A stretch of DNA of 64,000 nucleotides from Podarcis erhardii (taxonomy: Eukaryota): NCBI GenBank assembly GCA_964252035.1, contig OZ176204.1. One strand, written 5' to 3'. Shown one piece after another: positions 23,060 to 35,850 of this stretch (positions are counted from its first letter, which is position 1; the number at the start of each line of letters is the position of its first letter). Under the pieces are notes generated by a model. It worked only from the letters and a program-made list of their open reading frames with translations, was not told where the DNA came from and ran no database searches. The translations under genes and the position numbers were made by a program.

Positions 23060-23569
23060 CCGTATTTTTCGCTGTATAAGACGCACATTTCCCCCTCCAA
23101 AAATTAAGGGGCAATGTGTGTGCATCTTATGGAGCAAATGCAGGCTCCTTGACTTCAGCAATAGCAACGCGAAGCCTCCAAAGTGCAGTGGGAGCGCTCC
23201 CGCTGCGCTCCGGAGGCTTCGCATTGCTTTCGCTGAAGCCTGGAGAGCGAGAGGGGTCAGTGCGCACTGACCCCTCTTGCTCTCCAGGCTTCAAAGATAG
23301 CTGCCGGAAACCTCCCGAGCGCAGCAGAAGCTCCCGCTGCGCTCCGGAGGCTTTGGGTTCCTTTCGCTGAAGGATAGGTGCCCCTTCAGCTAAGGCGCAG
23401 CGACCCTTCAGCTAAGCAGGAGGAGAAATTGAAGGGGCTCCGTTTCTCCTGCTGCTTCACTGAAGGGGCGCTGAGCAGAGAGGGGGAGAATTTATTTTTT
23501 TCTTGTTCTCCCCCTCTAAAACAAGGTGCATCCTAAGGTCGGGTGCGTCCTATAGAGCGAAAAATACGG
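23060..23569. mobile_element. Tc1/mariner-superfamily MITE (CCGTATTTTTCG termini) with nested internal palindromes
   Basis: 27-bp TIRs CCGTATTTTTCGCTGTATAAGACGCAC vs CCGTATTTTTCGCTCTATAGGACGCAC (2 mismatches); TA on the left, TG on the right; GC/CpG-rich interior. Confidence 0.85.
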
Positions 23570-24860
23570 TGTACTCCTTTCTGTTTGTTGTTTAGGCATA
23601 AGGGTCAAAAATCTTTTGGTGTTGTTGCTTTTCCTGAGGCCTTCTGTATGTTACAAAATTATTGTGGAGTTCTGAATTCAGAACAACATATGCCGGCATG
23701 AGCTGCTTAAGAATTCTAGTTGAATTTAGATAGTGTTATCCTTTTGGGAATTATAGTTGTGCATGATAACCTAAATGTCTGAAACGGGGACTGCCAAATG
23801 TCTGTAGATGACAGTGGTCCATGATGTCTGATTTATTGCCTCAGGCAGTTGTCCAGCTGTGGGAGTCAAGATGGGGGCTGATAAGTCCAGCTCAGGTTGG
23901 CTATTGCCAACTAAACATTGGTTATCTCTTAACTTGAACATGTGAGCTCATTTTCCATTGAATGGATGTGCCACAGGCTGGAGACAGATGTAAAATACAA
24001 ACAATAGAGAAAAGCGGTTTTTCCTGATGACTCAGAGTAAATGCCTTATTTCCTTCAGAGTTAACATGAAATCAGTGTTTTGGAAGTAATACTGTCACAC
24101 TGGAGGCATCTCTCCCCCAAAGCCTTTACACTAGATTCAGAATCAGGCTCCTGGGCATCATTCATCATTTTAAATCAAATCATATCTATACTGACACTAT
24201 TTCCAACAATATTCTGATTGCCCCCAAGATTCGTTTTTGAATTTGCATTGGCCGTGGAGGTGTTCTCTGTTTCAGAAACCACCCCATTGAACGATCTTAA
24301 TTGCATACCATTAGCTTGTGTCTGCTTTTTGACTCAACAGATGCTTGCTCTACACCTGCAGTTTGTCAGATTTACTTGTACAGAGTTTTGAGGTGCAGTG
24401 TGTACATAAGAATTGCCCTAGTTGATCAAGCCAGGTGTCCATAATGCAACTGGTCATGGAGAATCCATTTAGCCTTGGATGTCTTGGAGATGCTCTTATG
24501 TGGCTACAGCTTTCACTGTCTTGATTAGGCCTATCGTTATGGCGTCACCTGATAAGAGTCATGGGTATTGGTGAGGAAGTTGACCAGGAGCATAAGAATA
24601 AAAGCAATAAGCTTCAATGAAGGTGTGCTTGTTGAAATATTCCCCTACTGTCAAAATGTTACAGTACAGTCAGATCAGAACTGATCCAGTTCATAGCAAG
24701 TTTAAACTGAGAGAGAGATTTTAATGTAGCTGGAATTGGACAGTAGTGTATCCATCCCACACCCAAATGGAGGTGAGGGGACGCCAAACAGCTCAATGGT
24801 GGCTGACTGTGCTAAGTTGGCATGGAATGCTGATTTGCTTTGGGGAGTGGGGTGGAATGA

Positions 24861-25008
24861 ATCATAGAATCATAGGACTGTAGAGTTGGAAGGGACTATG
24901 CAGGTCATCTAGTCCAAACCCCTGCAATGCATAATTTTTTTTGCCTAAGGTGGGGCTTAAACCCACAACCCTAGGATTAAAAGTCTCATGCTCCACCATC
25001 TGAGCTAT
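24861..25008 (-). mobile_element. tRNA-derived SINE with CR1-type (ATTCTATG) tail
   Basis: Minus strand: AGCTCAGATGGTGGAGCATGAGACT...GGTTTAAGCCCC head, then GGACTAGATGACC...CCCTTCCAACTC and ATGATTCTATGAT tail. Same family as 31525 and 43138. Confidence 0.8.
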
Positions 25009-25511
25009 GAATGAAATGGCTGGATCCCTGAAGAGTAAAACTACAGGTTGCAGTATTTTGTTGCAGGGCCCCACTTATGCCATCTTAGTATCTCTCTCTT
25101 TCAGAGTTGCCCCTTTTCTGTTTTAATCTTCTGCCATTTAAAACCATCCATATAAGTTTCTTCTTAAAGATGAAAGTAGTGGAGCCTCCCTTGCAGAGCA
25201 AAGTAGCTCTAATGGGCTATAACGTTTCCCGATTTTAATTAGATCCATCCCAATAAATCTGATAAAATGCAGAGGTAATAATAATAATCCAAAGACTCAG
25301 GTGATTCTTTAAAACAGTAAATTCCCACCTGTTTCAAACTTGCCCGGATTGCTCTTTGGGGGAAATTTAAATTATAGTAGGCTTTGAACCCATTCTATTC
25401 TGTCATATTCCTTTTTCTGTGGAGAGACTGACAGTTTTAAGCAAGTCTCAGCTGTTATGATTGAGAGCTACGGCCTCAGAACAAATCTTTAAGTAACAAA
25501 TAGTAAGAGAT

Positions 25512-25648
25512 GTTCAGCAGTGGAACAGACTCCCATGAGAGGTGGTGGACTCTCCTTCCGTGGAGGCAGAGGCCAACTGTCATGGATGCTTTGTTGAGAT
25601 TGCTGCACAGCAGGGGGTTGACCCTTGGGGTCCCTTCCATTGCTACAG
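25512..25648 (+). mobile_element. CR1 LINE 3'-end fragment
   Basis: CAGTGGAACAGACTCCC...GGTGGTGGACTCTCCTTCC...GGGGTCCCTTCC resembles the CR1 3' terminus. Confidence 0.65.
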
Positions 25649-25854
25649 TATTGTGCAAATATTGTGCAAATATTGTTGCACCTTTAAGCAGAAACAGAGG
25701 GACACGCATGAATTAGAACAGATTGTCTTGAATCAAATATCAAAAAGGAACATTACAGGTGGTGTTCTCTTTATAGTCTTTTAAGACCAGGTTCCCAGAA
25801 GGCACACTTTAATTACTTAAATTTAACCATGGGAAGAACATTGATCACTTAGAT

Positions 25855-25990
25855 CAGGCATGGCCAAACTTGGACCTCCAGATGTTTTGGGACTACAACT
25901 TGCATCATCCCTAGCTAACAGGACCAGTGGTCAAGGATGATGGGAACTGTAGTCCCAAAACATTGGGAGGGCCATGTTTGGCCATGCCTG
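25855..25990. mobile_element. hAT (Charlie-like) MITE
   Basis: Perfect 15-bp TIR CAGGCATGGCCAAAC / GTTTGGCCATGCCTG, further internal inverted homology, 8-bp flanks ACTTAGAT / ACCTAGTT (6/8). Confidence 0.8.
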
Positions 25991-26494
25991 ACCTAGTTAA
26001 AGTTCACTGTTCTTTGGTGATAGTTGCAGTGGAAACCGGGAAACATTACAATAACATTGCAATGAATGGGTTACTGTCTGTATTAATATGGGAAGACAGA
26101 ATATGAGCTTGGCATTTCCATTGCAGCTTCGAGCAAAGATTGCACTGAAGAAGCCTTTTACGATAGAAGGAAAATGACACTTTTATCTAGCAATAAGTTG
26201 TCCAAACTTTAAACAACAGTTGGAAGCATACTGCATTTTCCAGTATGAAAGTGAAATTTGTATAGAACAGCTGAGCACAACTTGTGGCCCATTAAACCAA
26301 ATGGAGCTTGTCAAGTATTAGTAGCTTGGCCTGCCAGGTGTTTGAGACAGTCCATGTTTTTGCAATTCCAGACAAGTGGCAAAGCAGTAAGCTCACTGAG
26401 CCCCTGGTGTGATGCTCTACTTGGCTAGTGGGCTGAATTTGACTTGTAGAGTTGCACTGTGTTAGTTTGGAGTGGAATACAGAATAGTCGGAGA

Positions 26495-26508
26495 GCAGCA
26501 GGGGGCAG
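26495..26508 (+). promoter_or_regulatory. Candidate CTCF site
   Basis: GCAGCAGGGGGCAG matches CCASYAGRKGGCRS at 13/14 positions. Motif only. Confidence 0.4.
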
Positions 26509-28941
26509 CGGTAGGGATCCTGACGGTATGTCTGCTCCCCATATCGCACTAGCACAAAGGAAAAATGCGGGGGGAGACTTGGATAAAAGGATGCTAACGG
26601 AAGGAAAGTCTAGTGTCGATTTGTGAGCAATCATGCCCTAAATATAATGGTGGCAGGGATTTCTGAACTTTCCAGAAAAAAAGTTTGCTTCGTTCATATC
26701 CTTTAAGAAGATTATGACATCAGGCTTTAGGCCTTATTTTTTAAAAAATTAAATAAGGCATGGTGTCGAGACTTCCAGGAACTGGGTCTTTCATCACCAC
26801 GTCAGCATAACTTAGCATAATCACTATGGTAAATAAGTGGTGCTGGCCTATTGATTTCAGAGAAGGCATGACTGCCAAGAGAAACTGAATCTGAATTAGT
26901 AAAAAAAGAGAGAAGTGTTCTATTAAACATTTCCACACCTTAAACTGTAATGCTAACAGGAGCATCCATTCTGTTAAAAGTGTGCATTTACATTCAGGTT
27001 ATTCACTTTTAACTAAATAAGTGCAATGAGACCAACCAAACAGCCGTTTCCCACCTTGATCTTCAAAACTAGTCATACTTGGCACAGAATCCAAGACGGG
27101 TTGATACTGACTTCCTTGTCACTTCATTTCTCTGAGCCATAGTGGGCTTGAATGAACACTCTCTTGTACCTACTGCAAAAGCAAGAGCAGTTTCAACCTC
27201 CAGGGATAATCAAAACACAATGTTCTTGTTCCATGCCTGTGTCTTGGCTAATCTGCCCTGTTGCGCCACTGTGCCCATTTCTGTCTGTGGTGTGTGCATA
27301 AATGGGTCTGTAGATCAGCCATCTTGTGTGCACCTCCCCATATGGGAGTCCTGGATTTGCCAGTTGTGCCCCATGCACTCTAGATCTGGTGGGATATTGT
27401 GTGCCAGGAGGCCTTGTTTATTTGCGCATAACATCCCCACAGCGTGTGGAGGGAGGAGCGTGGGATCCGGGTGTGTGTACATGCCTTTTCTACAGTCATG
27501 CAGTTGCTTCTTTAAGTTGAAAAAAAAAACCAAAACAGCTTTGCAAATAAGTTGTAACTGAATATTTAATTTCCCCACACAGAAGACAGTTTTATCAAGG
27601 TTTTAGGTTATTTCATACCACTGATGAACAAATAGGCATTTTTGATTTAATCGGCATCTAGAAGTAGGCGGTGGTTATGTCTAATGAGAACAAAACAAAG
27701 ATAAGCTTCAAGGATGTTTCTCTGAAATTATAACATTACCAAATAACATGTCTTTTGCTTTTGAAGCTGGGTTTCTGAAAAGGAAGTGTTTTATCTTTAT
27801 GCAGAGCAGGAAAAGCATCATTTACCCTATAATATTTAACTGCTCCACTCATCTGCTCTTTTTAAGATTAAAATTACAGGCCCCCAGATTGCAAGTTTTG
27901 CTATTTGTTTTCTTTTGATTGCTGCCTTTGGCTCCTTAGTGAACTTCATCAGCAGCACTGTGGGTAACTGTAAAGAATTCTGTGGGACTCTCTAATAAGC
28001 ACCACAGCATTCCACAAAAATGACAAAATTCACTCAGAATTTATTTTTAAAAAATCTTTTCTAAGCAATTTCCCACAACATGCCCCCACTTTTTAAATTG
28101 CATGCAGAAAAAGGTTTACTATTACCATGCTTTGCCTCTCAGGTTCCTGTTTTTCTTCCTGTTAAGACTATAGAAAATAATGAAGTGGAATTCAGAACAA
28201 TTATTTTGCCAGGTCTTGTATCTATTATTCTTTTGGCCCCATTTTTCTGTGCAACGTCCCCCCCCCACCAAAAAAACATAGCTTGCAAGTTAATACTTTA
28301 TAAGATGTTTATTTTCTTCCATTTAGCCAAATAACTCAGATATTAACATTGGATAGTGTTTAGATTTCACTACCATTTGAACTATATATTTTACTGATGC
28401 AGACGGATGAAAATAAACAGCTTGTAACATATAGAGTTACAGGCTGTGAGTCTATGTGGATTTAGGGGAGCCTGCGATGGATTAAGGGTTTGCAATGGAT
28501 TCATTTTCACTAACTCAGTTAAAATAACTATGTAATCATTATTTGTGCTTAGTTTGAGATTCATTTTCATAATTTACCAAGGGATTTGTCTGCATACATT
28601 TTGATGCTTAATGGCCCTCAATTGATTGAAGTTCCTTTTCAAGAAATCGTACACACAAAATAGCAAAATTGCTTGATAATGAGACAGCAGTAAAACCCAA
28701 TTGTACAAAAAAAAAAAAAAAGGTTTATGTGAAGCAAATGTGAAAAATGTCTCTCTCTCTTTTGCTTTTAAAAGAGCCATAGATACATATTCAATCCGTT
28801 CTAGAGGGGATTTAACAGTGCTTGTAGTACATGGCGTTCTAAATGTCTCACATATACATTTGTTGCTGTGAATTCAAACACTGCACACACACAAATATCT
28901 GTAAAGATGCAAGATTACATTTTCCATTGCCACTTTTACAG

Positions 28942-29039
28942 ATAACAGCCCGCCGACAATGGAAACATATTTATGATGAATTAGGTGGTAACCCTGGGAG
29001 CACAAGTGCAGCCACGTGTACTCGTAGACATTATGAAAG
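28942..29039 (+). CDS. ARID5B: ARID5B exon (human exon 8 equivalent), 98 nt: ITARRQWKHIYDELGGNPGSTSAATCTRRHYER
   Basis: cacttttacag| acceptor, AG|GTAAGA donor; ARID helix-turn-helix segment. Confidence 0.96.
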
Positions 29040-31524
29040 GTAAGATAACAAATATGAAATGCTTGTTTAATAAAGGAGAAAAATTAATTTGAAGGGACTT
29101 CAAAGCCTTTTGTAAAGAAATGGGGACAGAGAGGGGGGGGGAGGCAAGAAGGCCTCTTACAAAAGGCACAGTAAATATTCCATCACCAGTTTAGTCCTGT
29201 AATATGCTGTAATTTAAACCAGTGTGTGTCTCCGATTGCAAAGCAAATAAATCGGGGGATCTGATTCCTTTCTTCTTCATACCTTGTTTTACCAAAGCTT
29301 CTATAATATAGAAGCTGTAACTGATGAGCAAAACAGATGATAGTTTGATGATGGACAAAATGATCATATCTTAACTGCTTTGGCTGGGTTTTGTTGTTGT
29401 TGTTTTTTTTGTCTTTTAAAAACCACTCTGCAGATAAATGCAAATAAAGCAATGTATGGCTGTCTTCAGATTAGTGGGATGTTCCCATTATAAGTCACGG
29501 GGGAAAAAACATTTCTTCCATATTCCTTTAATGTTTTCTTCTCTCCTTTCTTCTTGCAGCTGACAACCATTTATCTTTCTAAAGTGCAGCAGAGTTGCTG
29601 TTTTATAAACATTGATTTTGTACCCTTTCTGAGTTAATAATAGTTTCCAAAGGTTGGGTATCCAGCGTACATCGGATAACATGATACGGTTGTGATGCTT
29701 CCTTAAAAGAATTTTGAGAAAATACGGCCATTAATAAAATATGTGTGCTTTCAAGCTCTGAAATGAGCAATATGATCTCATGCTCCAGATCACTAACTAG
29801 TTTCCTGTAGGGGCCAAGAGAGTGTTTGTTTATCACCATCTTACAGCATTGCAATGCTTTTTTGACATACGTTGAACATACGTGTCTTTTCTAAAGTGTT
29901 AACTGCTAGCCAGACTGAAAGAAGTGAGGTGCCATCCATATTCTGTATAGGACTATTGTTCACTTTAAATTCCAGAGTGAAAATCTGATTAGTCTTACAG
30001 GTAGGTAAGTAAATGTCTTCTAGCGTAGGAGCTTGGATGGAACCGTACAAATTACGGACAATCCACATTAAGAGTTGGCCGTTCTCAGTTGATCCCACTG
30101 AATAATATGAGTCAAAGTAAACAGACTCTTTGGATCATAGCCAGTGAGCACAGTTTAGAGAATTTTAGTTTAGGCAAGTCCCATTAAATCCAGTGGAGGT
30201 TAGCTGGTTCCTTGTCACCTTGATTTCCGTGGGATTTTGCCTCGCTTGGGAGAAAAAGAACATAGTGTGGTATCCAACTAAATCATACTCAAGGGTAGAC
30301 CCATTGAAATCAATGGACTCGACTAATTTAAGTGCATAAATTAAAATTTGTCTATAACTCAATTGCATACAAACCGCCTTTAGCAATCTCCCTATACAGG
30401 AGAGGCAGTGTTAGTGCCCACATGGAAGGTGACTTCTGTGAGGGACATTTGAGTGTAGTCTCCATTTCAGGATCAAGCGACAAGTTATGTTAAGCACATT
30501 TTTTTTAAAAAAGCATGCTTCATTGGCCACCTAGTTTTTGAGAAAAAGCAGCTACGCGGAGTGGCAAATAATAGCCAAGGTGTCAATGTCACCCTGATGT
30601 TTGGCCCCGTTCCAGATTGTGGCCTTGATTGCTTTTTCTGGAAGAAGAAAAAAGTGGCCATGGAAACACACTTTGTGGTTTTAATGCAATCTTTGATACT
30701 CATTGCAAATCAGTGGCTGGTGTAGCGGGCGGAGGTAGGGTTGATTGGTCCAAATACCCTCTCACCCCGCAATAGATAATGAGTGGAGCATGAATTTCCC
30801 CTGATCATGCCAGGATGCGTTTGTGGGGCAAAGGATGTCTGGCCACGCCTAGAATTCTTTCTCCCAGACTTTGGCGCTTCTGTTCTTGTTACTCATGCTT
30901 CCGTTCTCTTGCTGTGTGAGAACTGGGAACAAAGAAATGGGCTTGTTGGTGCTGTTGCTTCTGTGAATTGGACCCTACCTTTCTCAGACAGGAATATTAA
31001 CTTTACAGGTGAACGTTTTCTGGCTTCTTGATGTCTCTTGGTTTCTGCTCTCCCCCCACCCCCATCAACAGAAGTTTGCATTTCAGCCAGGTTTTCCTAA
31101 AGTGGTAGCTAAGTTAGCTGCAGTTTTCACACTTCAGTTAAGCAGCATAAGGCCTACTTTGTAGATGAGACCGGATTTAAAATGTAATAGGAAATTTGGA
31201 AAGAAATTGGGAGGCCTTGCCTAGCAACATTAGATGGCATTTTGCAAAATGTTTTGAATAAACTATTAGAAAGAAAGGCCATTGGATCCATTTGTCTAGG
31301 TTGCAGAACTCTTCTTTTTCAATGAAAGCAGTTGTAAACAAACAAAATTGGCAGAAGTTGACTGGCACCTAAAAACTGTATTAGCAGTTGAGTTGCAGTT
31401 GACACAGTTTTCTGCAGGTTTGATTTATCCGTTAGTAGCAATTTGGGCTAGATGGGAACAGTACTGTGGCTCAAGCATGCTTTGCACCCTCCATATCTCA
31501 TGTGTAATCCACAAATGGATAGAA

Positions 31525-31673
31525 GGATATCTCAGTTGGTAGAGCATGAGACCCTTATCCTCAGGGTTGTGGGTTTGAGCCCCATGCTCAGTGAAAGATT
31601 CCTGCATTAAAGGGGGCTGGACTAGATGATCGTCATGACCCCTTCCAACTCTACTATTCTATGATTCTATGAT
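31525..31673 (+). mobile_element. tRNA-derived SINE with CR1-type tail
   Basis: A box CTCAGTTGGTAGAGC, B-box-like GGTTTGAGCCCC, tail ATTCTATGATTCTATGAT. Confidence 0.8.
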
Positions 31674-32191
31674 CTCAGGTGTCAGGACTAGGAAGGGATC
31701 AGCCTGAGATGCTGAAGAGCTGCTACTAGTAGAAAATGACAGTGACAGGGAAGATGGCCTGACATGAAAAAGCGCTCTCTGTGGGCTCCCCTTTCAAAAA
31801 TCAGTGTGTGCTCCCCCTTTCAAATAAAGAAGGGCTAAGCATGATTTCAGTGCATTATTGACATATTTGTTTTTTTTAATTGCAAGTGGCTCACTTCCAG
31901 TAAACATTTTCATTTTTAAAACAAAGTGTTGTTGCCAGTGGGTTCAGTAAGTGTTATTTTGGATACGCATTCTAAGCGTCCTTTTGCCTTATTAATGAGT
32001 GCAATAATGCAAGCGCTGGTTGCTTTGAGCCGAGAATCAATGGATGTTTTTATTTAAAGCATAGCAGGAATCGTATAATGCCCATGAATGCATTATTGTC
32101 GCTGTAGGGCTGGCTGGTCTAAACCTGCCTCTCTGATTGGTTTAAATCAAATCAGTCCAAGCACTTCATAAAAATGTCCTTGTCAGCCCAG

Positions 32192-32338
32192 NNNNNNNNN
32201 NNNNNNNNNNNNNNNNNNNNNNNNNNNNNNNNNNNNNNNNNNNNNNNNNNNNNNNNNNNNNNNNNNNNNNNNNNNNNNNNNNNNNNNNNNNNNNNNNNNN
32301 NNNNNNNNNNNNNNNNNNNNNNNNNNNNNNNNNNNNNN
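32192..32338. other. Assembly gap (147 N)
   Basis: Run of N; true length and content unknown. Confidence 1.
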
Positions 32339-32773
32339 GCTATGTACGTGACTCAACACATACAAAGTGTGCAAGTTGTTATTATTTTGATCAGGAGGCT
32401 ACAGTTCTTGTAAATTACAGTGGCTGATCACATAAAGTAAAGACATTATGGGCTGGCTTTAGTACCGCAGCAACACAAACCTGGATTTCTGATTTGTGCG
32501 CAGTCAGGATCCTGCATTTCTATGTTAGGTCATCTGGGATTTAGAAATCATTGAAAATGGTCAGTTTTCTCATAGAACAGTGTTCTTTGCAATGTGTTCT
32601 AAGGATATTGATATCAGATCAGATGCAGTTTTCACTCAATGCCAGTGAAAGTGAGTCAGGGGTTGGTTTGTTTTTCACCCCTGCGCAAAATACGCAATGG
32701 ATGATTTTAGTTTCCCTGAGTAAATAGACAATGATGCTGTAAATGAGCAGGAAGTTGTGGTTTTTGTTAGGGA

Positions 32774-32805
<32 letters not shown>

Positions 32806-33051
32806 CATGATGTGTTTGTGATATCACATTTCCTAAACAAAATGTGATTAAAAAGGAAACGGACTACACATTAAGGTTATGTCTTCTTCTATAAATTGAC
32901 TGTTCAGGAAGGTCCACTCCTCACACCCTTCACTGATTGTGTATTCCCTTCCAGAGAAGTAAATCTGAAAAGTTGTAACTCCACCTGACAGAGAGTATTG
33001 AGATTACTAGTAGAGATGCCAAAGCTCAAGAATGGTTTAAGGAAAGCTAGT

Positions 33052-33053
<2 letters not shown>

Positions 33054-33097
<44 letters not shown>
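33054..33097. repeat. (AC)22 microsatellite
   Basis: Directly visible. Confidence 0.95.
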
Positions 33098-33100
<3 letters not shown>

Positions 33101-34139
33101 CTACAACATAGGCACATCCACATATTAGATTCTCTTGCTTTTCGTATCCTAGGATAGTTAAAATATATGAAAGACGAAACTCAAAATCCATTTGAGCCAT
33201 TTTCCTGGCAGCAGACACCCAATAGCCTGCCGCCCCTCAATTTCTGGTTGGAGAAACTCACAGAGTTATCTCCCATTGAGAACAAAAATGTAGTTTAGCC
33301 ATGCACACTTCTTTCAACTCTGAAGAGCAACTGCCAGAAGAGACCAGGGCTGCAGCACATGGGGTGGTTTTAACCCTTTCTTCCTGCACTGTGGCCCCAA
33401 TGAAAACCCTTCTCCCTAACCCCTAAAAGCTGCTGTTGGTGCAAATGATAGCTTCTTTCCTGGGACAAATATCAGCTATGGGAGAGGAATTTCATCAGGT
33501 TAAACCGCTCTCTTCATGCTCTGCAATCTAATTCTTGATCATACACAGAGTTGCAGTTTAACACTGAAAAAAGAAGCATGCACGTTTAATGTAACTTGCA
33601 ATTTGGGCCTTATGACAGCCATATTCTCATTTGAAGCTCCCTGCTCTGATCTTTATTTCCTCTCAGTTCCCCACCCACCCTTAAAGGGACAGATACCTCT
33701 TCTACGACATCATTTTGTATAGGACATTGCAGACTTTGTGTCTCAGTGTCAAACTTTAGTCATAAAAATGTTGTTTTTAAGACGTCTTAGTAATCAGGGT
33801 ATCTTGGACTACTTGAATTCCAAATGTCTGCTTTCTGTCTGTTACTGACCATTTTTTATATTCAGTGACAGCAGTGTCAAAATTGTTAGGATACTTCCCA
33901 GCAGAACTGAAACCTGCTAGGCATATACTCCATAATGTTGTGACATCTATTGTACAAAACCCATGGCATCATCGTACAATAGCCAGCATTTAAGCAAGGA
34001 GTAAATCACACGCAAGTGATAGGTTGCACATTTGAACTTGCTGAAGTGTGAAATCACAACAATCCACGCATGCAGCAGAACCAGAGGGCTGTTAGATCTT
34101 TCCCTTCACATGTTTCCATGGTTCCACATATTTTTTGAA

Positions 34140-34267
34140 TTACATTTCTATCCCACCATTTCCTTCAAGGAGCTCAAAGTGGCATACGTGGTTCCCTCCT
34201 TCTCCATGTTATCCTCACAGTGACCCAATGGAGGTAGGTTAGGTTGTCAGACAGTGATTGGCCCAAG
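34140..34267 (-). mobile_element. 3' fragment of MIR-like/L2-tail SINE
   Basis: Minus strand CTTGGGCCAATCAC...AACCTAACCTACCTC...GCCACTTTGAGCTCCTTGAAGGAAA...GGGATAGAAAT. Boundaries approximate. Confidence 0.5.
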
Positions 34268-34796
34268 TTGTGTTCACTACTTCATTAATCCAAATATTTA
34301 AATATAATGTCAGTTGTGGAATCAGAATGTTTGTGCATATGTGTGTTTTCCTTGTCCCAAACAAATACATTTAAAATCCAGGTAGAGCAACAGGGCACTT
34401 ATTTACATGTCAAAATGAGAATTTTTACATATTGCAGATAAGTAAGCCAACAAAAGCCGCAACAAACAGATCTAACACTGTCATAGATGTTACAACGTTA
34501 ACCTGAGGGCTAAACTCTGTGACTCTTCTACCTCCTAGGTAATACAGCTGACGACCGATTTTGAATTATATTGAACTGAGCATCAGGTGGTCTTCCTATA
34601 TTTAACCGAGCTCTCAAGCTGATGCTGCACCACTTGTGGTTGCCCCTCCCTCTGTCCAATACTTTAGCAACATTTAGTGTGTCATGCCAAAGATTTAATA
34701 GTTTTGGTCAGGAATGAATAATCTGTTGTTTTACTTGGGCTTTCAATTTTATTTTAATTCTATAACCAAAACTGTCAATAACTAAACAATAACTAA

Positions 34797-35140
34797 GGGA
34801 CACAGGTGGCGCTGTGGTCTAAACCACAGTGTCTAGGGCCTACCAATCAGAAGGTCGGCGGTTCAAATCCCCGCGACGGGGTGAGCTCCCGTTGCTCCTG
34901 CCCACCTAGCAGTTCGAAAGCACGTCAAAGTGCAAGTAGATAAATAGGTACCGCTCCGGCGGGAAGGTAAATGATGTTTCTGTGCGCTGCTCTGGTTCGC
35001 CAGAAGCGGCTTAGTCATGCTGGCCACATGACCTGTCTGCGGACAAACACCGGCTCCTCGGCCAGTAAAGCGAGATGAGTACCGCAACCCCAGAGTCGTC
35101 CATGACTGGACTTAACAGTCAGGGGTCCCTTTACCTTTAC
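34797..35140 (+). mobile_element. Sauria SINE, full length
   Basis: Same head, body and ACCTTT tail as 8660-9016; perfect 15-bp TSD CTAAACAATAACTAA (34782-34796 / 35141-35155). Confidence 0.92.
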
Positions 35141-35699
35141 CTAAACAATAACTAAATAACTAAACTGGCTGAATCAATTCAAAATTGTATGTCACTGATT
35201 CAGTAAATTGTGGTGGCAGTTGTATAATTTAAGAAAAAGCCCCATTGGTGAACTCAGAGGGACTGGCCTCTAAGAAATAATATACAAGACTCTGTGGTGA
35301 CCATGTGAGTAGGAAGGAAGAAAAAGAGCTTAGGTATACTATGCATGTAGATTGTAGGAGTTGGATGTCAATGGATGGCATTGGAGTCTTTACTTCCACC
35401 ATCTGGAATACCTTGCGAGAAGCTTGCTTTCAGTGAAAAATGTTTAGGTGTGTGTATGGATGATGTAATTGAGATGTAAATAAAAATGTAGAACTGAACC
35501 AAATATTTGTAAATATTCACATTTGCCAATTCTTCCATTCTAATTCTGAAAGCATGCGTTTGCCCTTGTAATTTCAGTTTGTATTTTGAATGGTTTCCCC
35601 TCAAAACTCAAGCGCTTTCGACTTTGGCATCTCTTGATTTGAGTTGGCAGGCCTCAGAAATGAAAACTGATCAGCAGAAGCTGTCAAATACTGTCAGAT

Positions 35700-35850
35700 G
35701 CTAAATACCATTGCATGCCAACTATCAAATAGTGTCAAACACCATTGCATAACAACTGTGAAACACCAATATTAAATACCATTGCATGCCAGTTATCAAA
35801 TACTAAATACCATTGCATCCCAACTAGCAAAAGCTGTCCAACACCATCTG
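35700..35850. repeat. Degenerate minisatellite with AAA(T/C)ACCATTGCAT core
   Basis: Core recurs about four times at ~30-40-bp spacing, plus partial copies. Confidence 0.6.

Noticed and set aside
22684-23370. Cluster of overlapping ORFs on both strands
   Set aside because: Explained by the tandem duplication, the (TTTG)n tract and the GC-rich palindromic MITE; no transposase motifs.
31525-31600. Possible tRNA gene (also at 24940-25008 and 43138)
   Set aside because: The tRNA-like head continues into a CR1-type tail and lacks an intact cloverleaf, so these are SINEs.
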